A stretch of 63,733 nucleotides of DNA, filler included, from Stramenopiles sp. TOSAG23-2 (taxonomy: Eukaryota), in the NCBI GenBank assembly GCA_900128395.1. It is 2 parts of 2 records of this genome, joined end to end, with 100 filler letters (N's around TTAATTAATTAA, not from the genome) between each part and the next. Parts side by side here need not be neighbours in the genome. Positions count along the whole stretch, not along the records: positions 31,938 to 63,733 come from LT649368.1; 1 more part is not named here. The stretch is one strand, 5' to 3'. How positions within the stretch are numbered: position 1 is the first letter of the stretch; each line of letters opens with the position of its first letter. Both the position numbers and the translations under genes were made by a program. The notes below the pieces were generated by a model that was given only the letters and a program-made list of their open reading frames with translations, did not search any database and had not been told where the DNA came from. Shown in pieces: positions 33,392-44,288 of this stretch.

Positions 33392-33764
33392 ACGATAGAT
33401 GATATTGGTAATCTTTAGAGTAAAAAAAAAAGCGAGGACAAAAAAAATAAATTTTTTATTAAAAAATATTACTCGTATATATAAATACTCGCGTATATAT
33501 TTTTTAAAGATGGTTAAAATCTAAGTTATAATAATTTTACACTTCTCCGTGTTTAAGTAATGTGCTCAAATACTCAATCGCAAGAATTAATAATTCTATC
33601 CTACTATAGTAAAGCTCTAATGCACCTCTGCAAACTAAAAATATATATTATATATAAATACGCGAGTAATAAATATTTTATACGAAGCCGTACGAAAAAA
33701 TACAACTATCATATAACACTGTCTCTACTTCTCGCAATATCGTATGCTTTTATGTGTTCCACTT

Positions 33765-33972
33765 CTAATTTTTATGGTTCTTCATCTTCATCATCTTCAT
33801 CCATTTTTCCTTCCTCAATCTCCTCAGCTAATTCTTCCGCATTCTTTTTTGCTTCTTCCTTAACTTCCCTAATTTTTATGGTTCTTCATCTTCATCATCT
33901 TCATCCATTTTTCCTTCCTCAATCTCCTCAGCTAATTCTTCCGCATTCTTTTTTGCTTCTTCCTTAACTTCC
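33765..33972. repeat. 104-bp tandem duplication of the Rpn3 3' end
   Basis: 33765-33868 matches 33869-33972. Confidence 0.9.
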
Positions 33973-35459
33973 TTTAAGCGATCTTTGTGTGCATTTGGTG
34001 GATATTGCATACCTTTTACTGCATCATTACGAACTTCCAAACAAAACTCAATTCTCGAATTAAAAGCTTGTTGTGGCTGATTTGTGCCATAGGCATTGCC
34101 TGTTTCATTCGAACGCAAAAATCCACCATCATGATCTAATGTAGCATCGATTACACCATCCATAATTGCTTTTGCACAAACATGTTCAGCATCCGTTGCG
34201 CTATCCATTTTCAACTTCTCTGCTACATCGGCAAATGAAATTTTCGAATAAGATAAACTAATATTTCTCAATCCGGTTTTAATAACACTATGTCGCAACC
34301 TTAATACTAACGACAAAGTGCCATCTTGTGCAAAAGAGTCATTGTATTCATTTAAAACTTGTGTAAAAGCAGAAATTTCGCCTTGGCGTACGGATTGTGT
34401 CAATTTCAAATAAGGAATCAATGCTTTACGCATGCCATCTTGATTAAAAACATTACGTTCTGGCACCTCAGCCATTAATAGTTGTACCACAATTGCAAGT
34501 CTTTGAACAGTCAAACGAAATCCAATAGCAGTTGCTTGTGGTGCTTTGCGCAATGCTTGTACTAATTTTTGGTGCGCCTCCGTATATTCCAATTGCACAG
34601 CATCGATCAAACCACGATAGTACAAATGTCTAACGAACTGGTTGTTTGATACGGTTGCAGGAAAATCACTTGAATTTTCAACTAATAATAATGCTTGATC
34701 ATATAAATTATAATTTAAATAATTTCGTAATAATAAATTGACCAACGTTGCTTGTCCCATATCATCATGTCGTAAACATGCTGTTCGATGTGCAGTTAAT
34801 AAAACTTGACGAATGTCAGCAAGTTTACCTAATGCTTCATGCGCAGTTGAAAAGTGTTGATATGCACGTGCACCTAATAAATCAATCGTATGGCGTGGTT
34901 CCATTTCTAACAATCTGTCAACTAAAAGGGCAGATAATCGAGCTCCTAATTCATTAAATGTTGGACTGCGTTTTAATGTAGCAGCAACAACAAGTAAGTG
35001 TAAATATACTTCAACCTCTGGCAATGCGCTTAACGCACTTACATTAGCTTCATCGTCTGGGTCATCATCCTTGTCAGTCTTGACCTCCTCTTCCACTTCC
35101 ATTCCTCCTTCAGTCGTTGTCGTTGTCGTCTCTGCTGGTTCTGCTGCTACCAGTTGATCTAGTGATGATAAAAGTTCATTTTTATTTTTCGCTGTTTTTG
35201 GCATATATGTTTGCAAAGCACGTTGTAAATCAATTGGTTTTAAATTTGCACGCAACGCAGTTGTGCGTCTCAAGACACGGCGAACAATTCGTGGATCTTT
35301 ACGGTCAACGCAACGCTTCAATAATGCAAAATTTTCTTTTAACTGTTCATATGGCGTCACAACTTTTGTAACTTTTGTTTTCTTTGTATTTGCTTTTTTT
35401 GAATCTTCCTTTTTATCTAAAGTTAAGTCTTTCATTTTAACATCATCTACCGAAGACAT
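33876..35459 (-). CDS. PSMD3: 26S proteasome regulatory subunit Rpn3
   Basis: ATLVNLLLRNYL.YNLYDQA, SNNQFVRHLYY, RLRHSVIKTGLRNISLSYSKIS, AKAIMDGVIDA. Confidence 0.95.
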   Translation of the reverse strand: MSSVDDVKMKDLTLDKKEDSKKANTKKTKVTKVVTPYEQLKENFALLKRCVDRKDPRIVRRVLRRTTALRANLKPIDLQRALQTYMPKTAKNKNELLSSLDQLVAAEPAETTTTTTEGGMEVEEEVKTDKDDDPDDEANVSALSALPEVEVYLHLLVVAATLKRSPTFNELGARLSALLVDRLLEMEPRHTIDLLGARAYQHFSTAHEALGKLADIRQVLLTAHRTACLRHDDMGQATLVNLLLRNYLNYNLYDQALLLVENSSDFPATVSNNQFVRHLYYRGLIDAVQLEYTEAHQKLVQALRKAPQATAIGFRLTVQRLAIVVQLLMAEVPERNVFNQDGMRKALIPYLKLTQSVRQGEISAFTQVLNEYNDSFAQDGTLSLVLRLRHSVIKTGLRNISLSYSKISFADVAEKLKMDSATDAEHVCAKAIMDGVIDATLDHDGGFLRSNETGNAYGTNQPQQAFNSRIEFCLEVRNDAVKGMQYPPNAHKDRLKEVKEEAKKNAEELAEEIEEGKMDEDDEDEEP

Positions 35460-36006
35460 GATGGTGTTTATTATGGGTTAGCAATATATATATATATATG
35501 TATGTATTTATTTATATATCTTCACAAAAAAAAATAAACGATATTGTTATATGATCAAAATATAAGTTTTCTTAATCTAACTGGTTTTGTAATTACGATT
35601 GGTTATGATCTTGTAATATATATTCTCTATTTTAGTCTCTACGAATAATAATATAATATCTATATATTCGAATAAATATAAGAACCTAAACCTACTATAA
35701 TTCAAAATATTGAAGGGTGCAAGGAATCAAATTTGCTGCCAATATGGAGTGTTGTCATTCATTTAATAATTCCCGGTAATGCTATGTAGTGCAAATAAAC
35801 AATAACCATGCTATATCCATGCTATCTTAAGATTTATCTCTATTTTGTCCATTCATTCAATTCTTCATAATAATACATTTTAGCTATGATAATGTATAAT
35901 AGTTATAATAGAAAGACAGAAATACATTGACAAACTACATATAGATATACCTGTTTTAACAATTGAAACAAAACGATATAATCATAATAAGAAGAAGAAG
36001 AAGAAC

Positions 36007-36252
36007 ATGGCGCATATGCAAAATCCAAAACCATTTTTGACTGAATTGGTAGATAAAGAAATCATGGTAAAATTAAAATGGGGAATGGAATATAAAGGAA
36101 AATTATTATCGTTTGACTCGTATATGAATTTACAATTAGGTGAAACAGAAGAAATTGTTGAAGGTGAAAGTACTGGTGTATTAGGTGAAGTTTTAATTAG
36201 ATGTAATAATGTTTTGTATATACGAGCAAATCCGGATAGTAAAAGTGCATAA
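36007..36252 (+). CDS. SNRPF: small nuclear ribonucleoprotein SmF
   Basis: NPKPFL..L...[21 protein letters not shown]...[15 protein letters not shown]. Confidence 0.95.
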   Translation: MAHMQNPKPFLTELVDKEIMVKLKWGMEYKGKLLSFDSYMNLQLGETEEIVEGESTGVLGEVLIRCNNVLYIRANPDSKSA

Positions 36253-36571
36253 AAAATATTATATACTCATTTATTTGTATATATTTGAAATATCTAATAT
36301 ATAATATTTATAATATATATATAGTAGTTATTAGATGATTTTTAATATGTATTTTTATAAATAAAATTAAATAGTCACTCAAACATACTCTAGAACGAAA
36401 ACTACACATACACACGCGCGCGTCGTATTCATACACAGTGCAAATCTGTGTGTCTCTCGAACACATATGTATTATATATATTAATAGAAAAAACAAATTA
36501 AAAGATACATTTAGTAAGAATCACTCTCTCCCCAGTCATACATTAGATTTAAAATATTAAAAGAAACTTTT

Positions 36572-37222
36572 TCATGGCTTTGCAAATTTCAATATCGTCG
36601 ACGCATTTTTTGTAATATACTCTTGAACAATAGCTAATGCACGGCCACGATGACTAATTTTATTTTTAAATGTTTTATCCATTTCTGCATATGTTTGTTT
36701 TGTTTTTCCATCAGCCATTTCATTTGGTTGAAAAATAGGATCCCATCCAAAATCAGTTGGACCACGTGCTGGAACAATTGTTCCTGGTGTTTGACCAACA
36801 AAAGGCATTGGTTCTTCTTCTGGATTTGTACTTAATGCAAAGATACATTGAGCATAAGCACTTTTATCATCATATGCACTTATTAAATTATTCAAACCAG
36901 TATGTCCAGTTTTCTTTAAAAACCATTTAATGTAGACACCTGGCAATCCACCTAACGCATTGAAACATAATGAGGTATCTTCAACTAATACTAAACCTTC
37001 CACTTCCTTCCTAGCTAATTTACATTTTTCTTTAGCAACATATTCAGGCTCACCTTGTAGTTCTGGTAAGTCTAAAGCTTGACTAACAACACGAAAAGGA
37101 AACGTATCTTTACTAGATTCTAAAATTGCACGAACTTCTTCCAATTTCTTTTTATTCCCAGTCACAAATGTTATAATAGGCCTTCTATCCTCATTGTTGT
37201 TATTATTTGCGACACTGGACAT
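36572..37222 (-). CDS. ITPA: inosine triphosphate pyrophosphatase (HAM1 family)
   Basis: [56 protein letters not shown]. Confidence 0.95.
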   Translation of the reverse strand: MSSVANNNNNEDRRPIITFVTGNKKKLEEVRAILESSKDTFPFRVVSQALDLPELQGEPEYVAKEKCKLARKEVEGLVLVEDTSLCFNALGGLPGVYIKWFLKKTGHTGLNNLISAYDDKSAYAQCIFALSTNPEEEPMPFVGQTPGTIVPARGPTDFGWDPIFQPNEMADGKTKQTYAEMDKTFKNKISHRGRALAIVQEYITKNASTILKFAKP

Positions 37223-37492
37223 TCTTTTTCTTTTTCAATCTATTAATTTTGAACTATCAATATGTTTAAGACACTTATATATCTTTATGTGTGTTGAATT
37301 TTATTAACTATATTATCATATATTTTATATTTATAGTTATTTGTATTTAGTATTATATATTGAAATTGTGGATGACAGAGATGATGGCAGTATTTTAATT
37401 TTGTAGTGTATCATGTTAGAAAAATAAAAAAAATAGTACATACATATTGTGTGTGTTAAAAAATATATATTTTAAAATATTTATATAACATA

Positions 37493-38440
37493 TTATTTTC
37501 CACTGATAATCTTACGAAAATTATATTCTTTCAATTCTGTAAATGATGGCAAAATAGATAAAAACGATGTACCTTTTACAATATTCAACATGATGGCAAC
37601 CTTTGGTTTATCTAAATTGACTATATGTTTATTTTCATCAATTTCATCTGCTAATTGTTTCATTGTATTTCGTAATGATTTATCATGATTTCGTCGTTTA
37701 TATACAATCTTAAAGGATGTTTTATTGTTATTATCATTTATCAATGTATCGACTTTGTTTTTCATATTCTTTGATGATGTTATATTTCCGTTTTTATCAT
37801 TTGTTTTTGCATGCAATAAAATGGGCTTACGTAATAATAATGTATTTAATGATTGTATCAATTCTTCTTCATCAGTTGAGCCAGCAATTTCATATGGTTG
37901 TATACGAATTAAAAATCTTGATTTTTGTTGTTTTGTTTGTAACATATCACGACATATCTTTTCAGCAATTGTTACTGGCTGAATCGAATCATTGGTATTT
38001 GTACATACCATCAATATTAAGCCAGTAGCACCACTATCAACTTTTTTAATAAATTTTTGAGATGCTGATGCATTTTTTTTATTTTTCATACTACTCTTTA
38101 CACTGCTTATTTCTTCTTTTAACATTTCACTTATACTTTTTGGTTTTTGTTTCGTATTATTATTATTATTATAAACACCATCATCATTCTTTTTGAGTAA
38201 AGATGGATATAATATTTCTATATATTCATCCAATAAATTGTATGCCTCTCTAACAGCCTCTCTTTGTCTCATTGTGTCACAAGTAAATAAAAACCCTTTA
38301 CTACCAGCAAGCAACAATGGATTCCGTTTATTATACTGTTTTTCTTTATTATCATTGTTTACATTATTACTTTTACTTTTTTTATGATTATTATTGTTGG
38401 ATGATGAATTACTATTGCTTTTATTATTTTTACGTTTCAT
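37493..38440 (-). CDS. THUMP-domain protein (THUMPD1/Tan1-like)
   Basis: GFLFTC...EAVREAYNLLDEY, SRFLIRIQP, FKIVYKRRN, HIVNLDKP, ELKEYN. Confidence 0.8.
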   Translation of the reverse strand: MKRKNNKSNSNSSSNNNNHKKSKSNNVNNDNKEKQYNKRNPLLLAGSKGFLFTCDTMRQREAVREAYNLLDEYIEILYPSLLKKNDDGVYNNNNNTKQKPKSISEMLKEEISSVKSSMKNKKNASASQKFIKKVDSGATGLILMVCTNTNDSIQPVTIAEKICRDMLQTKQQKSRFLIRIQPYEIAGSTDEEELIQSLNTLLLRKPILLHAKTNDKNGNITSSKNMKNKVDTLINDNNNKTSFKIVYKRRNHDKSLRNTMKQLADEIDENKHIVNLDKPKVAIMLNIVKGTSFLSILPSFTELKEYNFRKIISGK

Positions 38441-38688
38441 GAGAGTTATACGTATGCACGTAATAATTTTGTCGTCTTAATTGAAGAAGTAGATTCTAAA
38501 GAATAATGATGGTCGTCTTCTACAAATGTCTATCTAGATTCTTCTGTTATCTTTTAGTTGAAAAATGTATACAGTAACTTGTAAATGAAGAAACTGATGT
38601 GTGTGAAATGAATAATTACAGTATTATTATATTAAGCCTTGTATGTAAATAAATAATAAATAAGACGGAGGAGGATGAAACTCAAATA

Positions 38689-38880
38689 GTGGGGTTTTAA
38701 TAAGTATAGATTTAGTATAGTACAATTATTTGATAGGTTGATCTTGGAAGATAATAAATCCATAAAATCCAAAAATGACCAATGTTATTGAATGAAAATA
38801 TCTAGAATATCCGATTTTTGATATTATCCTATATAAATATATATTTATAGTATACTAAATCTATACTTATTAGACCCCGC
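38689..38880. mobile_element. ~190-bp MITE-like inverted-repeat element
   Basis: perfect 22-bp inverted repeat TAATAAGTATAGATTTAGTATA (38698-38719 / 38851-38872), extending imperfectly to GGGG/CCCC; no clear TSD. Confidence 0.55.
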
Positions 38881-39235
38881 CTGTTTATAATATAAGTGGT
38901 GGCCAGAATAATAAGAAAGAAAAAGATACAGAGTAAATTTAGTAAAAGATACTACAGTATTATTATAAACTGGCACAAACACCACAGCTGGCCTGGCTGG
39001 CCAGGATTAATACAATACCAGGAATACCTGGTACCAGGTAATAACAAATAATGGGTGTCATTACAGGGGAATATACATACATATATATATATAATATATA
39101 TATATACACAAGATATAAAGAATATGTAATTCAGCTTGATACTCTTTTTTCTAATATCATTATATATCATATGCATGTCATACAAAAAAACTGAAATAAT
39201 AATTATATTAGCAAAATCATCCTCACATTATTATT

Positions 39236-40966
39236 ATGGAACAAAAAGTAGAGTTAAAGACAACAGCATTTCAAGAAAATAGTAATGAGAAAAGGAAGTT
39301 TCAAAACTTGAACTCATGGTCTAATCGTCATAACCACAACCGCCACAGTATGATCTTTGGTACGGAAAGACCTGAATTACTAAATGACGAACATATTTCA
39401 AAAAAAATTGTGCAACAATTAATTGGCATTATTTTTGGAATGATAACAATTATATTGTACATATCAAGTTGGTTTTTTGAAGCACAAGAAATTGAATTAT
39501 ATATCGCTTGTTCTGTATTTGGAGCGATAACTGTCTTATGTTTTATAATAATTTTTACCAATAATATTTCGATCGTTGTTACAAAACGATTATTCAAGGA
39601 GTCAAATGTAATTATCATTATAATATTGTGTTTTACCAATTTAATCCTTGATATTGTTGCAGATGTGAATGGTGCCATAGATATCTTTTTAGGCATTATT
39701 TATTTAATGTGTACTATTAATTTTGTATTTTTAGATGCAGTGAAAATAAAAAATCGATATTTTGTAATAATTGTTGGGTTGTGTAATGTATTATTAAATA
39801 TCGTGAATATTTATGGAAATACTCTTGGAAACAGCAATTATCACAAAGTACTATTTACTTATACGATTCAAGGAGAGTCTCATTCTATCATGAAACGTTC
39901 CACTAAACGTAGTTTGTACCTTCAAATTTTGTTATTTATAAGCAGTGGTGTATGGACAATGTTTAAAGATAAAAAGATGGAATTATTAATGTTTGCTACA
40001 AGTCACATTTATCGCGAAAGTGGCGATGGTTCAAAAAATAATGACTCTACCACTACTACTGGAGGTACTGACAATGACGATGATGATAATAATAATAGTA
40101 TCAATATTCATAATACAATAATAAAAAGTAAGAGAAGAAATGCAATAATATTAGGAGGGGAAATGGTTTTACTAGATAAAAACCACAGTTGGCGTACATA
40201 TTGGGGACAACGCGGTATCGGTATATTCGGTATTTTAGGCGTGTTATGTTTCATATGGTCGGATCTGGGAGAAGATGGAACAACATATGTTACATTGACA
40301 ATTTTTGCAGCTTTATTTGGTACGCTTGCTATTGCTTCTGTTGCATCGTTTTTTTATAAAAATATTTCATCAAAAATTGTACGATTGTTGTTAAAAGAAA
40401 CTAGTGTTGCAGTCATCCTATTCCTAGGATTTTGTAATTTAATGATTGATATATTTGTTCCTTCTACATCATTAAGTTGGATATTGGGAACTGTATATTT
40501 ATCTTGCAACGTTACGTTTTTGTTTTTAGATTCATTGAAAATGAGAACAAAAACATTTATTATTTGTATAGGTACCTTTTTCGTCGTAATTAATTTATAC
40601 AATTTGTATGAAGATACATTAGGAGATGCACATGTAGGCACAGTAATTTTTAAATACTCATTGCAAGGTAATGATTATACTATAATGAAACGTTCTGCAA
40701 AGCGAAATATTTATTCTTCAACATTATTATTCAGCGTAAAAAGTTTATATACTCTTGTATATGATAAAAAAATGGAATTGATGATGTTTGCTACAGGTAA
40801 GATTTATCTGCAAAGTGGAACATCATCAAAATATGTTGAACAGGAATCATTTGTCCGCAGCTTAAGTACAGAATCGAACCATTCAAGACATTCTAATAGT
40901 AATGATATTGGCAACAACAATAATAAGAAAAAGAATGCCAATGCCATTGGTCTGGTCGTTGTTTGA
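39236..40966 (+). CDS. multi-pass membrane protein made of two tandem copies of the domain in 3834..4790
   Basis: IMKRS.KR and DKKMEL.MFAT..IY each occur twice; many hydrophobic segments. Confidence 0.8.
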   Translation: MEQKVELKTTAFQENSNEKRKFQNLNSWSNRHNHNRHSMIFGTERPELLNDEHISKKIVQQLIGIIFGMITIILYISSWFFEAQEIELYIACSVFGAITVLCFIIIFTNNISIVVTKRLFKESNVIIIIILCFTNLILDIVADVNGAIDIFLGIIYLMCTINFVFLDAVKIKNRYFVIIVGLCNVLLNIVNIYGNTLGNSNYHKVLFTYTIQGESHSIMKRSTKRSLYLQILLFISSGVWTMFKDKKMELLMFATSHIYRESGDGSKNNDSTTTTGGTDNDDDDNNNSINIHNTIIKSKRRNAIILGGEMVLLDKNHSWRTYWGQRGIGIFGILGVLCFIWSDLGEDGTTYVTLTIFAALFGTLAIASVASFFYKNISSKIVRLLLKETSVAVILFLGFCNLMIDIFVPSTSLSWILGTVYLSCNVTFLFLDSLKMRTKTFIICIGTFFVVINLYNLYEDTLGDAHVGTVIFKYSLQGNDYTIMKRSAKRNIYSSTLLFSVKSLYTLVYDKKMELMMFATGKIYLQSGTSSKYVEQESFVRSLSTESNHSRHSNSNDIGNNNNKKKNANAIGLVVV

Positions 40967-41678
40967 TTTCTTCTCATTGTAATTACGTGTGCAACTTGTG
41001 TTTTAGTACTAGTTTAAATAATTCCAATAATTGTTAAATGTTAAGTAAAGTATTTTGTACATAAAAGTATTATATATAAGAACGTAAGGATGGAAAATTA
41101 AAAGTTAAATTGGATAATGACAACACAAAAACATTTAGATTGATTAAACCATGTGATTTACAACTTTATGAAGGAGTATCTCTTTCGTCTAACTCTGAAT
41201 CACAGACAGAGGAACAATCTTTTGAATACTAAATAATTTTTACTAAACTTTATAAAAAATCATTTTTGATTTAAGATGTTAATGAACGGGAGTAAAAGAA
41301 ATTTATATAATATATGAGTAAGAGAACATTTTATATATAAGAAAGAGTATAAAAAATATTTTTTACCAGCCAGCCAGGTAATAATTCTAATATATTATAT
41401 AATAGTTTCGAAAAAATATTATTATACCAGTAAAAAAAACATCTCACACCTTTTCACCCATATCGACTTTTTTTTAAACGATCTATGTGCACACGCAGCA
41501 ACATTCCTATATTACGAATAAATTTAAATTACTGCTTCTTTAAATATTTCTCGTGTTATATAAAAAGTATATATATATATATATATTTTAATGATTTTAA
41601 ATATATATATATAATATGCCGTTATATATATATGTACACATGTATCATATCAATTTGAGATTTAAACATTTTATAATA

Positions 41679-41756
41679 TTTACATTTCTTTTCATCAAAC
41701 ATATTTAAAAAATGATACTTTTTTTAAAAAATATGTCATCATTTATAGAGTGTAAA
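41679..41756 (-). promoter_or_regulatory. eukaryotic SECIS element in the 3' UTR of the selenoprotein gene
   Basis: minus strand TTTACA-CTCT-ATAA-ATGAT-GACATATTT-TTT-AAAAAAAGTATCATTTTTT-AAATATGTT-TGAT-GAAAAGAAA-TGTAAA: AUGAN/NGAN quartet, paired helix II, A-run 13 nt after ATGA, helix I. Confidence 0.8.
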
Positions 41757-41836
41757 CTATTTTCATTTAATTGATACTTCCAGAGGAAATCTAGATGAAG
41801 GGCTTATATATATATATATATATATATATATAGCTC

Positions 41837-42445
41837 TTACATTTTTGCCTTTTCTGTGACATATGGAAATGTATCTCGAGCCCATTTCGTAGGATATGTT
41901 GCCAGTCCTACGTGACCAAAATCATTACGTTTGATTGCTGCTAAAATATCTTCAGTCGGTGGTCGATAATATACAATCTTGCTATTTTTTTCACCTTTCC
42001 AAGTTGAAACTTTTCCATCCATGGATTCACGATGTTTGATATCACGCCATGTCCATTTGTAAATAATTGTTTTCGTAGTTAGATCTTCAACGACTAGACC
42101 TGGTTGGACCATATTATGACCTTTTCCAATACGGTCTTTTTCATTAGGATAGAAATGTCCCACGAGTTGTTCACGTTCCTCTGTTGTCTTAATTAATTCA
42201 ACACCTTTGGCAATATATTCATCAACTATTTTGAACTCTGGATCTGAATTCATTGTCACATAATTTAAAATACATTTTCTATCCTCCAACCATTTGGTAA
42301 TTGGACCATGTTGTGCAGTAACACCACGTACTTCGCAGCCAAGAGATTGAAATTGTTCTTTAAGAAATTCATACTCTAGCATTTGTACGCGTCAGTAAGG
42401 TCACCACGCGCCACGATAAAATATTGTGATTAAGTATTTCGACAT
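41837..42445 (-). CDS. peroxiredoxin-like (AhpC/TSA thioredoxin-fold) selenoprotein with UxxU motif, 202 aa
   Basis: ATG at 42445 is in frame with the ORF-track product and reads MSKYLITIFYRGAW(TGA)PY(TGA)RVQMLEY; both TGAs align to the Cys of FYRGxWCPYC; downstream SDP, QPGLVV, RPPTEDILAAI; SECIS follows. Confidence 0.85.
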
Positions 42446-43166
42446 CTCAATATTTTATTCTCCCGTATCTTTATATATATGTTTTTGAAGCACGTTGTAT
42501 ATTATTTAACTGTAATATATATGTGTGTGTGTATATATATTCAATTCTTCTATTTTTGTTATTATACATATAAGTTATTATGAGACTTTTGGTATATATA
42601 GTTGGGATATATATTTTACATGCAAGTTTTTGTTCTTCAAGTTGGTTGTTGGTTGTTCATGTGTGTTGGGCATAAGACACATCATGCTGATTTTAGATTT
42701 GAGATATTGCAGGCAAATAACACCAACACAACTCTATCCGCCTGCTATCTGTTTAAGTAGATAATATTCGTATAGTCTAACTATCCTATCAAATCTCAAC
42801 TGATGAGGGACTTTTGCTCGTTATTTTAAATGTACATCTGCGAGAGAGATGAATAAGATGGAAAAAGGAAAGACATCATGTGACTGTTAAAACGCCATGG
42901 AGTCAATTAGTATGGAAATACTGTAGTATTGGGAAACGGAAACATTATATATCCAACTGTTTTATATATGTAGACACAAAGAGAAACATATAATATCAAT
43001 AAACGAATATACTCAATAGAAACAAATAGATATCTGCTTCAACATTGTAAAATAATATATAAGAACAGATTTCCCCACTTATATATATATATACACACAT
43101 ACAGAATAAACAATATATACATCTATATATATTTACGTAAATATATAATATAATAACAATATCATC

Positions 43167-44288
43167 ATGGCGGAAAATACATATTCATTTAATGCTAAAC
43201 CAAAAGCTATTGGCCAACAACGTCGTAGGAAAAAATATCGTCCAGGTATGGAAGATGAAGGTCCAGTCCCAGCAAATATAATGTACGATAGGCGTGTTGT
43301 GCGTGGTAATACATACGCAGCGCAAGTCGTTGCTGCAAATGTACGTGCAGAAGAGATGGCACGTCAACAACAAAATACAGGTGGACAACAAGGTTCACAA
43401 CAAGAACAAGAAATGATGCCTATGAACGATGAAGTAGAAGCAGTGGAAGGTCGTAAACATATTGATGTACAAACGGATAATTACTTAGAAGAGTTGACGG
43501 ACAGGCGACCTGAAGTAAACGAAGAGACGCAAACGGAAGCATTTATGGATAGACCACCACTACCATTGTTCATACCATCAAAAACCGGTTTAGATAAAGA
43601 AACACAAGTGGAAGATGACTTATTTGATTTTGATTTGGAAGTCGAACCTATATTGGAAGTTTTAGTTGGAAAAACGATGGAGCAAAGTATGCAAGAAGTA
43701 TTGGAAGAGGAAGAGCTTGCTATGATAAGACGACGACAAGAAGAGTTCGAACAAACACGTAATGTTGAATTAGCCGAAGTGCAGCGTTTGGAAGCAGAGG
43801 CAAGACGTAGTTTTGATGAGAAAGAACGTAGGAAAATCCAAGAAGGTGAACGCATCGTACGTGAGAAAGAAGTCAGTGAGAAAGTACAAGCACGTGCATA
43901 TGCTAAAGATTATTTGGGTGATTTACATGAAAATGTTTTTGGTAGCTTAATGGAAACTGGACACTTTTACGACCCATTGGCCAAGGAAGTTGAAGAAATC
44001 TTCATGCCATGGGTTAGTGAAGGCGTAGTGGATGAATTAGACCGCGTAGCATTGTCACGTAAATTAACTACTAAAGTTTTGGAAGCTGCTGTACAATTAG
44101 GAAAGGAACAAAGTGAACAAGCTGGTGCTGCATTAAATGCAAGTGCAATTGCTGGTGCAGAACAAGAAAAAACGGCATATGGTCGTTTAGCAGAAATTGA
44201 AAAAAAAGCAGAGGAGGAACGATTAGCTGCAGAAGCAGGTAAAGAAGGTGAAGAAGAAGAAGCAGGTGGTGAGGAAGAAGCTGAATAA
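43167..44288 (+). CDS. RSPH3: flagellar radial spoke protein 3
   Basis: NIMYDRRVVRGNTYA, VEGRKHIDVQTDNYLEEL, LFDFDLEVEPILEVLVGKTMEQSMQEVLEEEEL. Confidence 0.95.
   Translation: MAENTYSFNAKPKAIGQQRRRKKYRPGMEDEGPVPANIMYDRRVVRGNTYAAQVVAANVRAEEMARQQQNTGGQQGSQQEQEMMPMNDEVEAVEGRKHIDVQTDNYLEELTDRRPEVNEETQTEAFMDRPPLPLFIPSKTGLDKETQVEDDLFDFDLEVEPILEVLVGKTMEQSMQEVLEEEELAMIRRRQEEFEQTRNVELAEVQRLEAEARRSFDEKERRKIQEGERIVREKEVSEKVQARAYAKDYLGDLHENVFGSLMETGHFYDPLAKEVEEIFMPWVSEGVVDELDRVALSRKLTTKVLEAAVQLGKEQSEQAGAALNASAIAGAEQEKTAYGRLAEIEKKAEEERLAAEAGKEGEEEEAGGEEEAE

Noticed and set aside
42392-42403. Pseudogene or TGA reassignment as the explanation for the in-frame TGAs
   Set aside because: Both TGAs fall exactly on the CxxC positions, the rest of the ORF is intact, a SECIS is present, and TGA terminates other genes in the window.
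42801-42830. Hammerhead ribozyme core CTGATGAG
   Set aside because: The required GAAA after stem II is absent (CTCGTTA), and no stems I/III were seen.
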